From a virus (lineage: Duplodnaviria > Caudoviricetes), in the IMG/VR virus record IMGVR_UViG_3300029288_004137, positions 1 through 64,000 of that record: a stretch of DNA of 64,000 nt; one strand, written 5' to 3'. Numbering within the stretch: the first letter of the stretch is position 1; every line of letters starts with the position of its first letter. Position numbers and translations under genes: made by a program. This document shows positions 30,957 to 40,549 of this stretch, one piece after another. The notes under the pieces are model-generated. The model was not told the DNA's origin and did no database searches. It worked only from the letters and a program-made list of their open reading frames with translations.

Positions 30957-31029
30957 CCAGATGTAGCTTAACGGTTAAAGCACAAGATTGTGGTTCTTGA
31001 TACTGAGGGTTCGAGTCCCTTCATCTGGC
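30957..31029 (+). tRNA. tRNA-His(GTG)
   Basis: CCAGATG/CATCTGG-C, CAAGA-TTGTGGT-TCTTG. Confidence 0.88.
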
Positions 31030-31053
31030 CGATTTCATTAAAAATGAGGTAAT

Positions 31054-31287
31054 ATGTCTATGAAAAATATTTATGAAATAGTTGATGAATATGAAAAGAA
31101 ATCTGAAAAGGAACTTGTTGAAGAACTTAAACAAAAAATTAACTTTTTAGAAGAATCTATTCGACAACTAAAAGATGATTATCATTATGTAACAAATGAT
31201 ATTTTAAATAAATTAATTGATGTTAAATATGATATAGAAAACACAATTGAAGATATTGAAGAAATAACTGATTCTTATAAACCATAA
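31054..31287 (+). CDS. coiled-coil hypothetical protein
   Basis: ORF with GAGGT SD. Confidence 0.6.
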   Translation: MSMKNIYEIVDEYEKKSEKELVEELKQKINFLEESIRQLKDDYHYVTNDILNKLIDVKYDIENTIEDIEEITDSYKP

Positions 31288-31303
31288 AAAGAATAACATC
31301 ATC

Positions 31304-31498
31304 ATGAAAAAATCAATAAATCAAATCATTAATGTTAAAAAAAGAATTGAAGAACAATCTGAAAAAAATATAATAGAAGAACTTAAAAATCAATTCAATG
31401 ATCCAAATATAGCAAATAACATCGCAGATATAATACCTTATATTGAATTCGAAATGAATAAATTAAAAAAATCTGCCAAGAACATAATTCTTAAATAA
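31304..31498 (+). CDS. hypothetical protein
   Basis: ORF. Confidence 0.5.
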   Translation: MKKSINQIINVKKRIEEQSEKNIIEELKNQFNDPNIANNIADIIPYIEFEMNKLKKSAKNIILK

Positions 31499-31509
31499 AA
31501 GGAGAATAC

Positions 31510-31968
31510 ATGGGATACACACATTATTGGCATTATACTCCAATAACATCTTTAGATGAAATGAAGAATAATTTTAAAAAATCTATTCCTTCTCTTGAAA
31601 AAATTCTCGATTCTTTTAAAGAGTTAGTATGCTTTGAAATGGGAGCAGAAGATGTTTCAGCATTTTTATCAGAAAATACAATTCGTTTTAATGGAAAACT
31701 TGAAGAAGCACATGAAACTTTTTCATTTTCTACTTTAAATCTACGTTCTTTTAATTTCTGCAAAACAGCAAGAAAAGAATACGATATAGTTGTCTGTGCA
31801 TGTTTAATTGTGCTTCAGCATTTTATTCCAGGTTTAACTGTTAGTTCTGATGGGTTGTGTGAACGTGAAAATTCAGAAAACCTTATCGAGTTAATAAACA
31901 GCAAAAAAACAGAACAAACTTGGAAAGATGCATTAAAATTTGTTTTAAAAAATAGATTAATTAACTAA
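31510..31968 (+). CDS. conserved phage protein (MGYTHYW..FNFCKTARK.YD..SSDG)
   Basis: Recognisable motif family; SD. Confidence 0.7.
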   Translation: MGYTHYWHYTPITSLDEMKNNFKKSIPSLEKILDSFKELVCFEMGAEDVSAFLSENTIRFNGKLEEAHETFSFSTLNLRSFNFCKTARKEYDIVVCACLIVLQHFIPGLTVSSDGLCERENSENLIELINSKKTEQTWKDALKFVLKNRLIN

Positions 31969-31984
31969 TTAAGTAATTAATAAT

Positions 31985-32058
31985 CTGGGTGTAGCCTAAT
32001 CTGGCAAGGCGCTTGGTTTGGGTCCAAGAGACTGATGGTTCGAATCCATTCACTCAGA
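31985..32058 (+). tRNA. tRNA-Pro(TGG)
   Basis: CTGGGTG/CACTCAG, CTTGG-TTTGGGT-CCAAG. Confidence 0.9.
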
Positions 32059-32093
32059 CTAATAAAAGTAAATTTAATAATTAAATAAATTTT

Positions 32094-32166
32094 GCTCTTT
32101 TAGTTTAAATAGGGAGAACAATTGGGATACACCCAATAAGCAGAAGTTCAATTCTTTTAAAGAGCA
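32094..32166 (+). tRNA. tRNA-Val(TAC), atypical anticodon loop
   Basis: GCTCTTT/AAAGAGC, ATTGG-GATACAC-CCAAT, GTTCAATTC. Confidence 0.65.
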
Positions 32167-32202
32167 CTGATCCTTAATTTTATATTATAGAAAGGAGTAA
32201 AA

Positions 32203-32856
32203 ATGCATATTTGCATATCATCTCGTGAAAATGTATTAGATCTAGCTCATAAATTTATGAACACACAACCAAATTATGACATGATTCATATTATTTCTAT
32301 TAAGTCGCCTGGAGACTCAAAAGTAGACTTTTCCAGCATTATTGAAAATAACACATGTGATGAATTTCCACCAACTTTAAATATTAATTATTTTTCATTT
32401 GATGATGTATCATCATATGATCCATATTATGTAATGTTTAACATAGAAAATGCTGCGCATGTTATGTGTATAGCAGCACAAATTCAAGCATACACTGAAG
32501 AAAGATATAAGAATACTCTTCTGTTAATTCATTGTAATCAAGGTATTAGCAGATCACCAGCGATTGCTTATTGCATTCTCAGTCTTTTAAATGAAACTGA
32601 AAATGCTGATCTTATTTTTAATGATCGCAAACAATATAGTCCAAACATGCATGTTATCAACACTATTATGAGTTATGCATCTTACCATTTTGATAGTGAT
32701 GATAATATGATTTATGATGCTTCGGCATCTTATGAAAAACTTCGTCGTATAGCAAAAGAAGCAGTATCATATCTTTCACTATCTGATTCTGAATTAAATG
32801 AATTTAAAGAACTTAAAGAATTTGATTGGCTGGATGATAATGAGGTGCCAGAATGA
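32203..32856 (+). CDS. protein-tyrosine/dual-specificity phosphatase-like
   Basis: HCNQGISRS CX5R loop; FDD. Confidence 0.85.
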   Translation: MHICISSRENVLDLAHKFMNTQPNYDMIHIISIKSPGDSKVDFSSIIENNTCDEFPPTLNINYFSFDDVSSYDPYYVMFNIENAAHVMCIAAQIQAYTEERYKNTLLLIHCNQGISRSPAIAYCILSLLNETENADLIFNDRKQYSPNMHVINTIMSYASYHFDSDDNMIYDASASYEKLRRIAKEAVSYLSLSDSELNEFKELKEFDWLDDNEVPE

Positions 32857-33113
32857 AGAAAATCTTTTTATTTGGAATATTTCTTTTATTTATTATGCTT
32901 TCTTGTGGAAGTTCATTAAAAACTGTTTATTTATTTAATCGTCAAACGATGTTGCTTGATAAGCATATCGGATATGCCACATTTGTTAAATGTGGTGAAA
33001 AGGATGGATCTTGGAAAAGATGTGCTGTATGCAATTCAGAACAAACACCAAAATGCAAAGAAATATTTTATGACAACGCTCTATATGATTTATATATTGA
33101 AGATGTTGAATAA
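32853..33113 (+). CDS. putative lipoprotein
   Basis: MLS-C lipobox. Confidence 0.6.
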   Translation: MKKIFLFGIFLLFIMLSCGSSLKTVYLFNRQTMLLDKHIGYATFVKCGEKDGSWKRCAVCNSEQTPKCKEIFYDNALYDLYIEDVE

Positions 33114-33323
33114 AGGATAATAATGAATTTTCATATAAATATTGGAGATAAAGTTTGTTGTGTTGGTTCTTTCTCAGTGTTTGGCACTGTTTATTCTTTA
33201 GGAATAAATTCAAATAAAGAACAAATTTGTATAATTCTTTGGGATGATGCACCAGAATATCCAGATGTTCAAAAAATTGAAAAGTTAGTTAAAATAATTT
33301 AATTTTTTTATTAAAAAAAAATC

Positions 33324-33352
33324 TTGACAAATTAAAAAAAATATGTTATTAT
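33324..33352 (+). promoter_or_regulatory. sigma70 promoter
   Basis: TTGACA-17-TATTAT. Confidence 0.75.
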
Positions 33353-33392
33353 AGGATCATAATAGAGTAAAACTTATAAAAAAGGAGTTGTT

Positions 33393-33752
33393 ATGGATTA
33401 TTCAAATGTAAATGTACGTTTTCGTTATTCGCCATGCAAAAGATTGACTCTTGCTGTACTGAGAGACGTTGAGTCTGGAACTTTCCAAATTGGTTATGCT
33501 TTTTGGAATAAAAATCATGATAATTACAACAAGAATATTGCCAGATCTGTTGCGTTTGGAAGAGCTGAAAGATTTCCTATTTATCTTGAATTTCAAGAAC
33601 TTAAAAATGGTACATATAAATCGGTTAAAGATGCTTTTTATAAGACTCTTTATGAAGACATTGATAATGTACCTCATTGGTTCTTGGAAGAAAGAGAAGC
33701 ATATCTTTCAAATGAACCTGCAACTACAATCTCTGAAGACGCTCGTAACTAG
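33393..33752 (+). CDS. hypothetical phage protein
   Basis: GYA..D.YNK.IAR..A.GRA motif; SD. Confidence 0.65.
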   Translation: MDYSNVNVRFRYSPCKRLTLAVLRDVESGTFQIGYAFWNKNHDNYNKNIARSVAFGRAERFPIYLEFQELKNGTYKSVKDAFYKTLYEDIDNVPHWFLEEREAYLSNEPATTISEDARN

Positions 33753-33763
33753 TTATACATAAA

Positions 33764-33834
33764 GCGGATATAGCACAAAGGCAGTGCGGTAGACTTCCAC
33801 TCTATTAATGAGAGTTCAATTCTCTCTATCCGCT
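33764..33834 (+). tRNA. tRNA-Gly(TCC)
   Basis: GCGGATA/TATCCGC-T, GTAGA-CTTCCAC-TCTAT. Confidence 0.88.
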
Positions 33835-33864
33835 CAATTTAATCAACTTAACCAGGAGAATCAA

Positions 33865-34092
33865 ATGATAAGTGAAATGAAGAAGGGTGAAAGAAAAACT
33901 TTAAGTTTAGGACTTGATGTAGAAAGAAGAGAAGATGGGATGTTCATGACAAGAATTTTCCTTGAAACACCAAATGGTAATATGGCAATTAGATTCCGTC
34001 CAGGGATCGGAAAAACTGCTGAAGAAAGCGTTGTTAGTGCCTTCAGCAAGATTTCTACACCAATTATAACAGAAACAGAACCTAAAACATAA
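33865..34092 (+). CDS. hypothetical protein
   Basis: ATG after AGGAG; track start overlaps the tRNA. Confidence 0.6.
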   Translation: MISEMKKGERKTLSLGLDVERREDGMFMTRIFLETPNGNMAIRFRPGIGKTAEESVVSAFSKISTPIITETEPKT

Positions 34093-34113
34093 TTTTTATT
34101 TTGTCATTAAAAA

Positions 34114-34305
34114 ATGAAAAAATCTTGTGATACTTGTGGATACCATTCTGTTTATATTGTCTATTCATCCCAGGTTTTCTCTGAAAGAAAAAAATACATT
34201 TATTTATGTGCTAAATGTGGAATCTTATGGGAAGATGGATTCATATTAAATGACACATATTATAAAAGCAAAAAAGATAAACAAGTTTTTTCGTCCGTTA
34301 TTTAA
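34114..34305 (+). CDS. zinc-ribbon protein
   Basis: CDTC..CAKC. Confidence 0.55.
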   Translation: MKKSCDTCGYHSVYIVYSSQVFSERKKYIYLCAKCGILWEDGFILNDTYYKSKKDKQVFSSVI

Positions 34306-34364
34306 TGGTAGAATGTGAGGCTTTGAACCTCAATATGTAGGTTCGATTCCTACCGGGCGAACCA
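34291..34364 (+). tRNA. tRNA-Gln(TTG)
   Basis: TCGTCCG/CGGGCGA-ACCA, TGAGG-CTTTGAA-CCTCA. Confidence 0.88.
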
Positions 34365-34391
34365 TACAATCAACAATTTGGAGTTTAAATT

Positions 34392-34619
34392 ATGAGCCGC
34401 TCGTCTAAAGATTTTCTTAAAAAAGAAAATCTCATGTCAATTACTGAAAAAAAGAACAAAAGAAAACTTAATAAAAATGTAAGACAAAATATAAAAAATA
34501 ATCTTAAACCATTCTTTCAAAAAGATTTAAAAACAAATGAAGAACTATCTATTGTTGATGAACTAGATGAAAGCCTTTGTGAAGAGGAAATTATAGAAAT
34601 AAATTCCATTGGAGATTAA
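34392..34619 (+). CDS. hypothetical protein
   Basis: ORF with SD. Confidence 0.55.
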   Translation: MSRSSKDFLKKENLMSITEKKNKRKLNKNVRQNIKNNLKPFFQKDLKTNEELSIVDELDESLCEEEIIEINSIGD

Positions 34620-34803
34620 AATGACTTATCATTGTTTGAATTGTGATTCTGTTGTAGATATCTCAATAAGAGAAGGAACATGCCCAGAATATATCTTTTG
34701 TCCAATTTGTTCATCACAAAATACTGAAGAAATTATGATGTTGTCTTCCCTTTATCCAAAAACAAATGAAAAACCTAAAGAGTACCATAAATTACATTCG
34801 TAA
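34609..34803 (+). CDS. zinc-ribbon protein
   Basis: YHCLNC..CPICSS. Confidence 0.6.
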   Translation: MEIKMTYHCLNCDSVVDISIREGTCPEYIFCPICSSQNTEEIMMLSSLYPKTNEKPKEYHKLHS

Positions 34804-34823
34804 TTTATCATAAAAATTTTTTC

Positions 34824-34852
34824 TTGACAAATTTTTAATTTTATGATATTAT
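34824..34852 (+). promoter_or_regulatory. sigma70 promoter
   Basis: TTGACA-17-TATTAT. Confidence 0.75.
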
Positions 34853-34879
34853 TAAGATAATAAAACAAAAGGAAAGTCT

Positions 34880-35155
34880 ATGAATATCAATTCTATATGC
34901 GAACATATCGCAATATGTGTTAATTCAATCAATTATAATCAAAAAGTTGAAGTGTCTGTTACAGCAGATGAATTAAAAAATCTGATAACAATGGATATAA
35001 TCAATAAAAAACATTTTATTAAATTCAATAAAATACATACTGGACCTGTAAGCATACGTTTTTATGCAACAATGCTTATATCAAACTTATATGAAGATAT
35101 TATCGTTGACGGTAATGATGTTATTATTGTTGTTTCTAAATTGGATGAAAAGTAA
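34880..35155 (+). CDS. hypothetical protein
   Basis: ORF with SD. Confidence 0.6.
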   Translation: MNINSICEHIAICVNSINYNQKVEVSVTADELKNLITMDIINKKHFIKFNKIHTGPVSIRFYATMLISNLYEDIIVDGNDVIIVVSKLDEK

Positions 35156-35313
35156 TGAACACAAGATACGAACTTATTAATCTTATTAAAGAACTTAATC
35201 ATTATGGTGCCAATATTCATATTGAAAAAGATCTTAACAATAATAATCAAAAACCTATTTTAAATAAAAAAGAAGATACAGTTGAATGGATTAATAAAAT
35301 TGAACTTGATTAA
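35155..35313 (+). pseudogene. repeat-deleted paralog of ankyrin gene 35327-35974 (52 aa)
   Basis: MNTRYELINLIKELNHYGANIHIEKDLNNNNQKPILNKKEDTVEWINKIELD: similar N-cap, identical C-tail, no repeats. Confidence 0.65.
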
Positions 35314-35326
35314 AAGGAAAAAAATA

Positions 35327-35974
35327 ATGAGTATTAAAGAAAAAAATATTTTCAATATGAGCACAAAATACGGACTTGTTAATCTTATTAAAGATCTTAA
35401 TGATTATGGTAACAATATTCAGTATGATCATGGTTATGCTTTACAATTGGCAGCACGACTTGGTCGTCTTGATATGGTTAAATATCTGATTGATATTGGT
35501 GCTGATATTCATGTTTTGAATGATTATGCTTTACGATGGGCAGCATCAAAAGGTTATCTTGATCTGATTAAATATCTGGTTGAAAATGGTGCTGATATTC
35601 ATACTGAAAATGATTATGCTTTACAATTGGCAGCACAACTTGGTCGTCTTGATATGATTAAATATCTGGTTGAAAATGGTGCAAATATTCATACTTATGA
35701 TGATTCTGTTTTACAATATGCAGCACTAAATGGACATCTTGATATGGTTAAATATCTGGTTGAAAATGGTGCTAATATTCATGCTGAAAATAATAAAGCT
35801 TTAAAATGGGCAGCTGAAAAAGGTCATTATGATATTGTTGAATATCTTAAAGATTTTAATAACAATAAACTTATTGAGGAAAGTAAAGAAGATCTTAACA
35901 ATAATAATCAAAAACCTATTTTAAATAAAAAAGAAGATACAGTTGAATGGATTAATAAAATTGAACTTGATTAA
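35327..35974 (+). CDS. ankyrin-repeat protein
   Basis: About five 30-aa repeats ALxxAA..G.LD.VKYLVE.GA.IH; start moved to the SD-preceded ATG. Confidence 0.9.
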   Translation: MSIKEKNIFNMSTKYGLVNLIKDLNDYGNNIQYDHGYALQLAARLGRLDMVKYLIDIGADIHVLNDYALRWAASKGYLDLIKYLVENGADIHTENDYALQLAAQLGRLDMIKYLVENGANIHTYDDSVLQYAALNGHLDMVKYLVENGANIHAENNKALKWAAEKGHYDIVEYLKDFNNNKLIEESKEDLNNNNQKPILNKKEDTVEWINKIELD

Positions 35975-35990
35975 AAGGAAAAGAAAAGTA

Positions 35991-36413
35991 ATGAATAAAC
36001 ATACTGACATTGAAACTCAATTCAATGCTACTCTTGAATATGCAGTACGACAAAATTATTTTGATGCTGTCAAATTTCTTGTTGAAAATAATACTAATAA
36101 TTATAACTTTAATACTGCACTTTTATATGCAGCAATTTATTGTGATCTTGATGTTGTCAAATATCTGGTTGAACATGGTGCTGATATTCATTCTGATGAT
36201 GAACATATTTTGCGAATCGCAGTGAAATATGAGCGTTTTAATATTGTTAAATATTGTATTGAACAAGGTGCTAATGTTCATGTAAGGAATGATGAAACAT
36301 TACGATGGGCAAAGAAACGGGGTAATGATAAAATTATTAAATATCTTTCTATTCAAGGTGATAAATATCTTTGTAGAGAAATTGATCTTGAAGATAATCC
36401 AAAACTTAACTAA
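35991..36413 (+). CDS. ankyrin-repeat protein
   Basis: [15 protein letters not shown]; start moved. Confidence 0.85.
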   Translation: MNKHTDIETQFNATLEYAVRQNYFDAVKFLVENNTNNYNFNTALLYAAIYCDLDVVKYLVEHGADIHSDDEHILRIAVKYERFNIVKYCIEQGANVHVRNDETLRWAKKRGNDKIIKYLSIQGDKYLCREIDLEDNPKLN

Positions 36414-36425
36414 AAGGAGAAAAAA

Positions 36426-36809
36426 ATGAAAATTACTAGTGCTCTTAAGACTCTTGAAAAAATGGGGTATAATGTTCGTTTTAAAGGTAATCACTATTGG
36501 GTTACTGTTGGAGACAACACTATTGATATGTTTACATCAAGTGTTGGTGAAGTTCGAGATATCCGAGCATTTAGAGTCAGAAAATCTAATGAAACTGATG
36601 ATCTAAGTGGTGCTTTTGCCGGAACATTTGAATTAAATCTCTCACAATCTTTGAAGAAACTTGGTCTTCCTGGAAATCTTTCTGAGATGAAGAAACTTCT
36701 TTCAAAAGAAACAAAAATTAATTCCGATCTTTCTGAAAAAGTTGAAGAAATAGCACCACATGCTGAATGTGCCCTCAAGGATGCTATGGATAATGGAATT
36801 GAATATTAA
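36426..36809 (+). CDS. hypothetical, paralog of 38515-38892
   Basis: MK..A...LE..GY N-terminus. Confidence 0.6.
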   Translation: MKITSALKTLEKMGYNVRFKGNHYWVTVGDNTIDMFTSSVGEVRDIRAFRVRKSNETDDLSGAFAGTFELNLSQSLKKLGLPGNLSEMKKLLSKETKINSDLSEKVEEIAPHAECALKDAMDNGIEY

Positions 36810-36838
36810 CTTCTTAAGTAAAAGAATAATAAAAGAAT

Positions 36839-37144
36839 TTGATGGAACAAATATATACAGACCATGAAATGGAACAAATGTATAAAGACTATGATCTAGG
36901 CATGGCATCATATTATAATAAGATCGAATCTGTTATACAATTAATTAATGATGGTGCTAATTATCATGTTGATAATGATTATCCCTTAAGAGTTGCATCA
37001 ATTTATGGTAATTTTGATATTGTCAAATATTTAATTCCTTTGTATAATAATAAAGAAGAATTAAAAACATTGTTTTTTAGAGTTAATAACTTTTATGTTA
37101 AATATCTAATTTTGGAAAGATTATATGAATTACAAAAATTCTAG
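36839..37144 (+). CDS. ankyrin-repeat protein with conserved LILERLY tail
   Basis: One repeat plus tail. Confidence 0.8.
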   Translation: MMEQIYTDHEMEQMYKDYDLGMASYYNKIESVIQLINDGANYHVDNDYPLRVASIYGNFDIVKYLIPLYNNKEELKTLFFRVNNFYVKYLILERLYELQKF

Positions 37145-37667
37145 ATTTATTGAAGCAGTTAAAACTAATAATTTTCAGCAAGTTAAAGAATGTATTGAAG
37201 AAGGTATAGATATTCATGCTGACAAGGATTACGCTTTACGATATGCAGCAGAACGTGGTCACTTTGATATGGTTAAATATTTAGTTGAAAATGGTGCTGA
37301 TATTCATGCTTGTTATGATGCTGCTTTTAGATTTTCAGCGGAGAATAATCATTTAAATGTTGTCAAATATCTTGTTGAAAATGGTGCTGATATTCATAAT
37401 GATGATAATAATGTTATACGATTAGCAGCAGAATATGGATATTTCGAAATTGTTAAATATTTAATGGAAAAAGGTACTTATAATTATGCTGACAACAATT
37501 GTATTTTAGAATATGCAATAGAATTTAAACATTTTGATATTATTAGATATTTAATTCCTTTATATTCTAAATCGGAATTAAAAGAATTGTTTTTAAAAAT
37601 TAATAATTTCTGTGTCAAATGTTTGATATTGGAAAGGTTATATAATGGATCTTTTTGTTGCAATTAG
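37125..37667 (+). CDS. ankyrin-repeat protein with LILERLY tail
   Basis: About four repeats plus tail. Confidence 0.9.
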   Translation: MNYKNSRFIEAVKTNNFQQVKECIEEGIDIHADKDYALRYAAERGHFDMVKYLVENGADIHACYDAAFRFSAENNHLNVVKYLVENGADIHNDDNNVIRLAAEYGYFEIVKYLMEKGTYNYADNNCILEYAIEFKHFDIIRYLIPLYSKSELKELFLKINNFCVKCLILERLYNGSFCCN

Positions 37668-38070
37668 AAGAAACGATCTTCAGCAAGTTAAAGAATGTAT
37701 TAAACATGATGTTAATATTCATTATGATAAAGGTAATGCTTTACGATATGCAGTAGATAATGGTTGTTTTGAAATTGTTAAATATCTGGTTGAATATGGC
37801 ACTGATATTCATATTTGGAATGATTATCCTTTACGAATTGCAGCACTTTATGGTTATTCTGATATTGTTAAATATCTTGTTGAGCATGGTGCTGATATTC
37901 ATGCTGATAATGATTATGCTTTACGATGGGCAGCAAATAAGGGTCATTTTGATATTGTTAAATATTTAATTCCTTTGTATAATAATAAAGAAGAATTAAA
38001 AACATTGTTTTTTAGAGTTAATAACTTTTATACTAAATTCTTAATTTTAGAACAATTATATGGAACTTAA
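37645..38070 (+). CDS. ankyrin-repeat protein with LILE tail
   Basis: About three repeats plus tail. Confidence 0.9.
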   Translation: MDLFVAIRRNDLQQVKECIKHDVNIHYDKGNALRYAVDNGCFEIVKYLVEYGTDIHIWNDYPLRIAALYGYSDIVKYLVEHGADIHADNDYALRWAANKGHFDIVKYLIPLYNNKEELKTLFFRVNNFYTKFLILEQLYGT

Positions 38071-38076
38071 TTAAAA

Positions 38077-38448
38077 ATGAAAAAACTTTTATTTTCTATA
38101 ACCAAAAAAGATTTAGAATTTGATTATTTTTCTGGTACTGGAAATGGTGGGCAAAACAGAAATAAACACCAAAAATGTGTTAGGTGCAAACATCCACCTT
38201 CTGGTGCAGTAGGAATAGGACAAAATACTAGGTCTTTAGAACAAAATAAAAGAGATGCTTTTTTAAACATGACGAACAATAAATTATTTAAAGATTGGAT
38301 GAAAATAAAAATTGCTAAGTTTACTGTATCTGTTAAAGATATCCCTATAGAAGATGTTGTAAATGAATCAATGAAAGAAGAAAACATTAAGATAGAAATC
38401 CATGATGAAGATGGTAATTGGATCGAGGTTAAAGACATAAAAAAATAA
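38077..38448 (+). CDS. stand-alone GGQ peptidyl-tRNA hydrolase / release-factor domain (ArfB/PrfH-like)
   Basis: SGTGNGGQNRNK..VR..H.PSG..RS..QNK..A. Confidence 0.85.
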   Translation: MKKLLFSITKKDLEFDYFSGTGNGGQNRNKHQKCVRCKHPPSGAVGIGQNTRSLEQNKRDAFLNMTNNKLFKDWMKIKIAKFTVSVKDIPIEDVVNESMKEENIKIEIHDEDGNWIEVKDIKK

Positions 38449-38451
38449 ATC

Positions 38452-38480
38452 TTGACTTTTGATCCAATTTTTGATATTAT
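38452..38480 (+). promoter_or_regulatory. sigma70 promoter
   Basis: TTGACT-17-TATTAT. Confidence 0.7.
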
Positions 38481-38514
38481 AAGTATATAAAATAAAAAAT
38501 CAGAAAGGAACATT

Positions 38515-38892
38515 ATGAAATTCGAGAACGCAATAACAAAACTGGAAAGACTTGGTTATAAAACTGAAAAGAACACTTATGGTATTTATTCATTTGTAGT
38601 GAATAACCATACTATTTCTTTTTTTAAAGTTATTGGAAAAGGTACCGTAGATAAACCTACAGTAACTTATCCAATAGAATCAGACAAACAACCAAAAAGA
38701 TTCTCTTCTCTAATGGCAGCAATTAGAGAATGTGGAGGAGTTGCTACCCTTAAAGAACTCAATGAACTTCAAAAAAAGCAAAAAATTGCTTCTCTTAATA
38801 ACGTTGAAGCTCTACGAAGAAAAGCAGATAAGATAGATGAAAACAAAAAAGAAGAATTTGTTAATAAAATTCTTGAACTACGTAACTCATAA
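38515..38892 (+). CDS. hypothetical protein
   Basis: ORF with SD. Confidence 0.65.
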   Translation: MKFENAITKLERLGYKTEKNTYGIYSFVVNNHTISFFKVIGKGTVDKPTVTYPIESDKQPKRFSSLMAAIRECGGVATLKELNELQKKQKIASLNNVEALRRKADKIDENKKEEFVNKILELRNS

Positions 38893-38914
38893 AGTATAAA
38901 GGAGAATATAAATT

Positions 38915-40174
38915 ATGGCTGTTGGAATTACATTTAAAACTCTTGAAAAAATTGTTTTCCCAATTGTAAAGGCTAAACATCCTATCCTCATTCGTGGTAG
39001 GCATGGAATTGGTAAATCTGAAGTTGTTTATCAATTTGCAAATCAACTTTATTTTGATGAAAATGGAGAAATGCAAACCTTAATAGGACTTTCAGAAGAA
39101 AGTGCTAAAGAAAAGATATCTTCATTAAAAGAAAAAAACATCAACATAGGTTTAAAAGTTGTTGAAAGAAGAGCATCTCAAATGACAGAAGGAGATCTTA
39201 TGGGACTTCCTGTTTCAAAAGAAAATTCCACTACGTGGAATCCTCCTGATTGGTTCAAAGAAGCATGTGATTATCCGGTTGTTTTGTTTTTAGATGAAAT
39301 CGATAGAGCAGTTCTCGAAGTAAGACAAGGCATCTTTGAATTGACTGATTCAAGAAAACTTAATGGATGCAAATTACATCCTCAAACAATCATTTTCGCA
39401 GCAGTAAATGGTGGTAATCATGGAAGTATGTATCAAATTTCTGAGATGGAGCCAGCAGAACTTGATAGATGGACAACTTTTGATTTAGAGCCCAGTGTAG
39501 AAGATTGGGTAGAATGGGCAAGAAAGAAAGGAAATGTCCATAAATATATTATCGATTTCATTATCGGAAATCCTAAACGGCTTGAGTTCGATGGTGAACA
39601 TGAACCAAATAAAAAATATCCATCAAGAAGAAGTTGGGTTAGAGCTAGTTCTACATTAGTTGCATCGGATCTCTTCTCTTGGGAAGATAAAGCAAGTTTG
39701 GAACAACTTGATACAATCCTTTATATTACACAAGGATTCATTGGTACTGAAATCGGGTTTGATTTCAGAGATTATTGTGCAAATATCAAAGGTCAAGTAA
39801 CTCTTGAAGAAGTTCTTGATAAGGGTAAACTTGATAGAGTTAAAGATTGGGAGATAACTGAACACTCAACCTTTGTTGATAAAATTATCAACTCGAATCT
39901 TATTGAATCTGCGTTGACAAAAAAACAATTGAAAAATTGGGCAGAATATATCGCTATTCTACCAGCAGAAGTTGCAGTACATTTTTTCTCTGTTCTTACA
40001 ACACAAAAAACTACTTCTGAAATAGTTCAGAATAATGTTTTTAATCTCTATAGCCAAAATACTAAAGGTGAAAGAAATATAAGAACAATTATATCAAATC
40101 ACTTCGTAGATCAAATCGCTTCTAAAGAAAAATCTACCTCTGAAGGAGAAACAAATGAAAAAGAAAATGGTTGA
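38915..40174 (+). CDS. MoxR-like AAA+ ATPase
   Basis: GRHGIGKS, LFLDEIDRA, AAVN, DRW, PSRRSW. Confidence 0.9.
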   Translation: MAVGITFKTLEKIVFPIVKAKHPILIRGRHGIGKSEVVYQFANQLYFDENGEMQTLIGLSEESAKEKISSLKEKNINIGLKVVERRASQMTEGDLMGLPVSKENSTTWNPPDWFKEACDYPVVLFLDEIDRAVLEVRQGIFELTDSRKLNGCKLHPQTIIFAAVNGGNHGSMYQISEMEPAELDRWTTFDLEPSVEDWVEWARKKGNVHKYIIDFIIGNPKRLEFDGEHEPNKKYPSRRSWVRASSTLVASDLFSWEDKASLEQLDTILYITQGFIGTEIGFDFRDYCANIKGQVTLEEVLDKGKLDRVKDWEITEHSTFVDKIINSNLIESALTKKQLKNWAEYIAILPAEVAVHFFSVLTTQKTTSEIVQNNVFNLYSQNTKGERNIRTIISNHFVDQIASKEKSTSEGETNEKENG

Positions 40175-40355
40175 AAACTATAACGATCTTCCGAAAGATT
40201 GTCCTTTGTGTAAAAAATCCCTTAAAGGACATAGAATCCCTGAATCAGTTAAAAAATTATTTGACAATGCAGAATTCTATAACACTGTATGGACACTATA
40301 TAATAATGGAGATCTTGTATATAAATGTCCTTCCTGTAATTTCATTTGGAAGTAA
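40155..40355 (+). CDS. zinc-ribbon protein
   Basis: CPLC..YKCPSC..W. Confidence 0.65.
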   Translation: MKKKMVENYNDLPKDCPLCKKSLKGHRIPESVKKLFDNAEFYNTVWTLYNNGDLVYKCPSCNFIWK

Positions 40356-40364
40356 AGGAGAAAA

Positions 40365-40544
40365 ATGAATAATAATTTTAATAATTTTCCTAATTTGTGC
40401 CCTTCATGTGGATATGTCTTAATAAAAGATGAAATCTCTGAATCAGATAAGAAATTACTTGATACAGTTGAATCACTATATAAAGTAGGAGATCCTGTAT
40501 ATAAATGTCCAAAATGTAAGTCCATTTGGATTATTTGGAAATAA
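40365..40544 (+). CDS. zinc-ribbon protein, paralog of 40155
   Basis: Manual translation CPSC..GDPVYKCPKCKSIW; AGGAG SD. Confidence 0.65.
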   Translation: MNNNFNNFPNLCPSCGYVLIKDEISESDKKLLDTVESLYKVGDPVYKCPKCKSIWIIWK

Positions 40545-40549
40545 AATAA

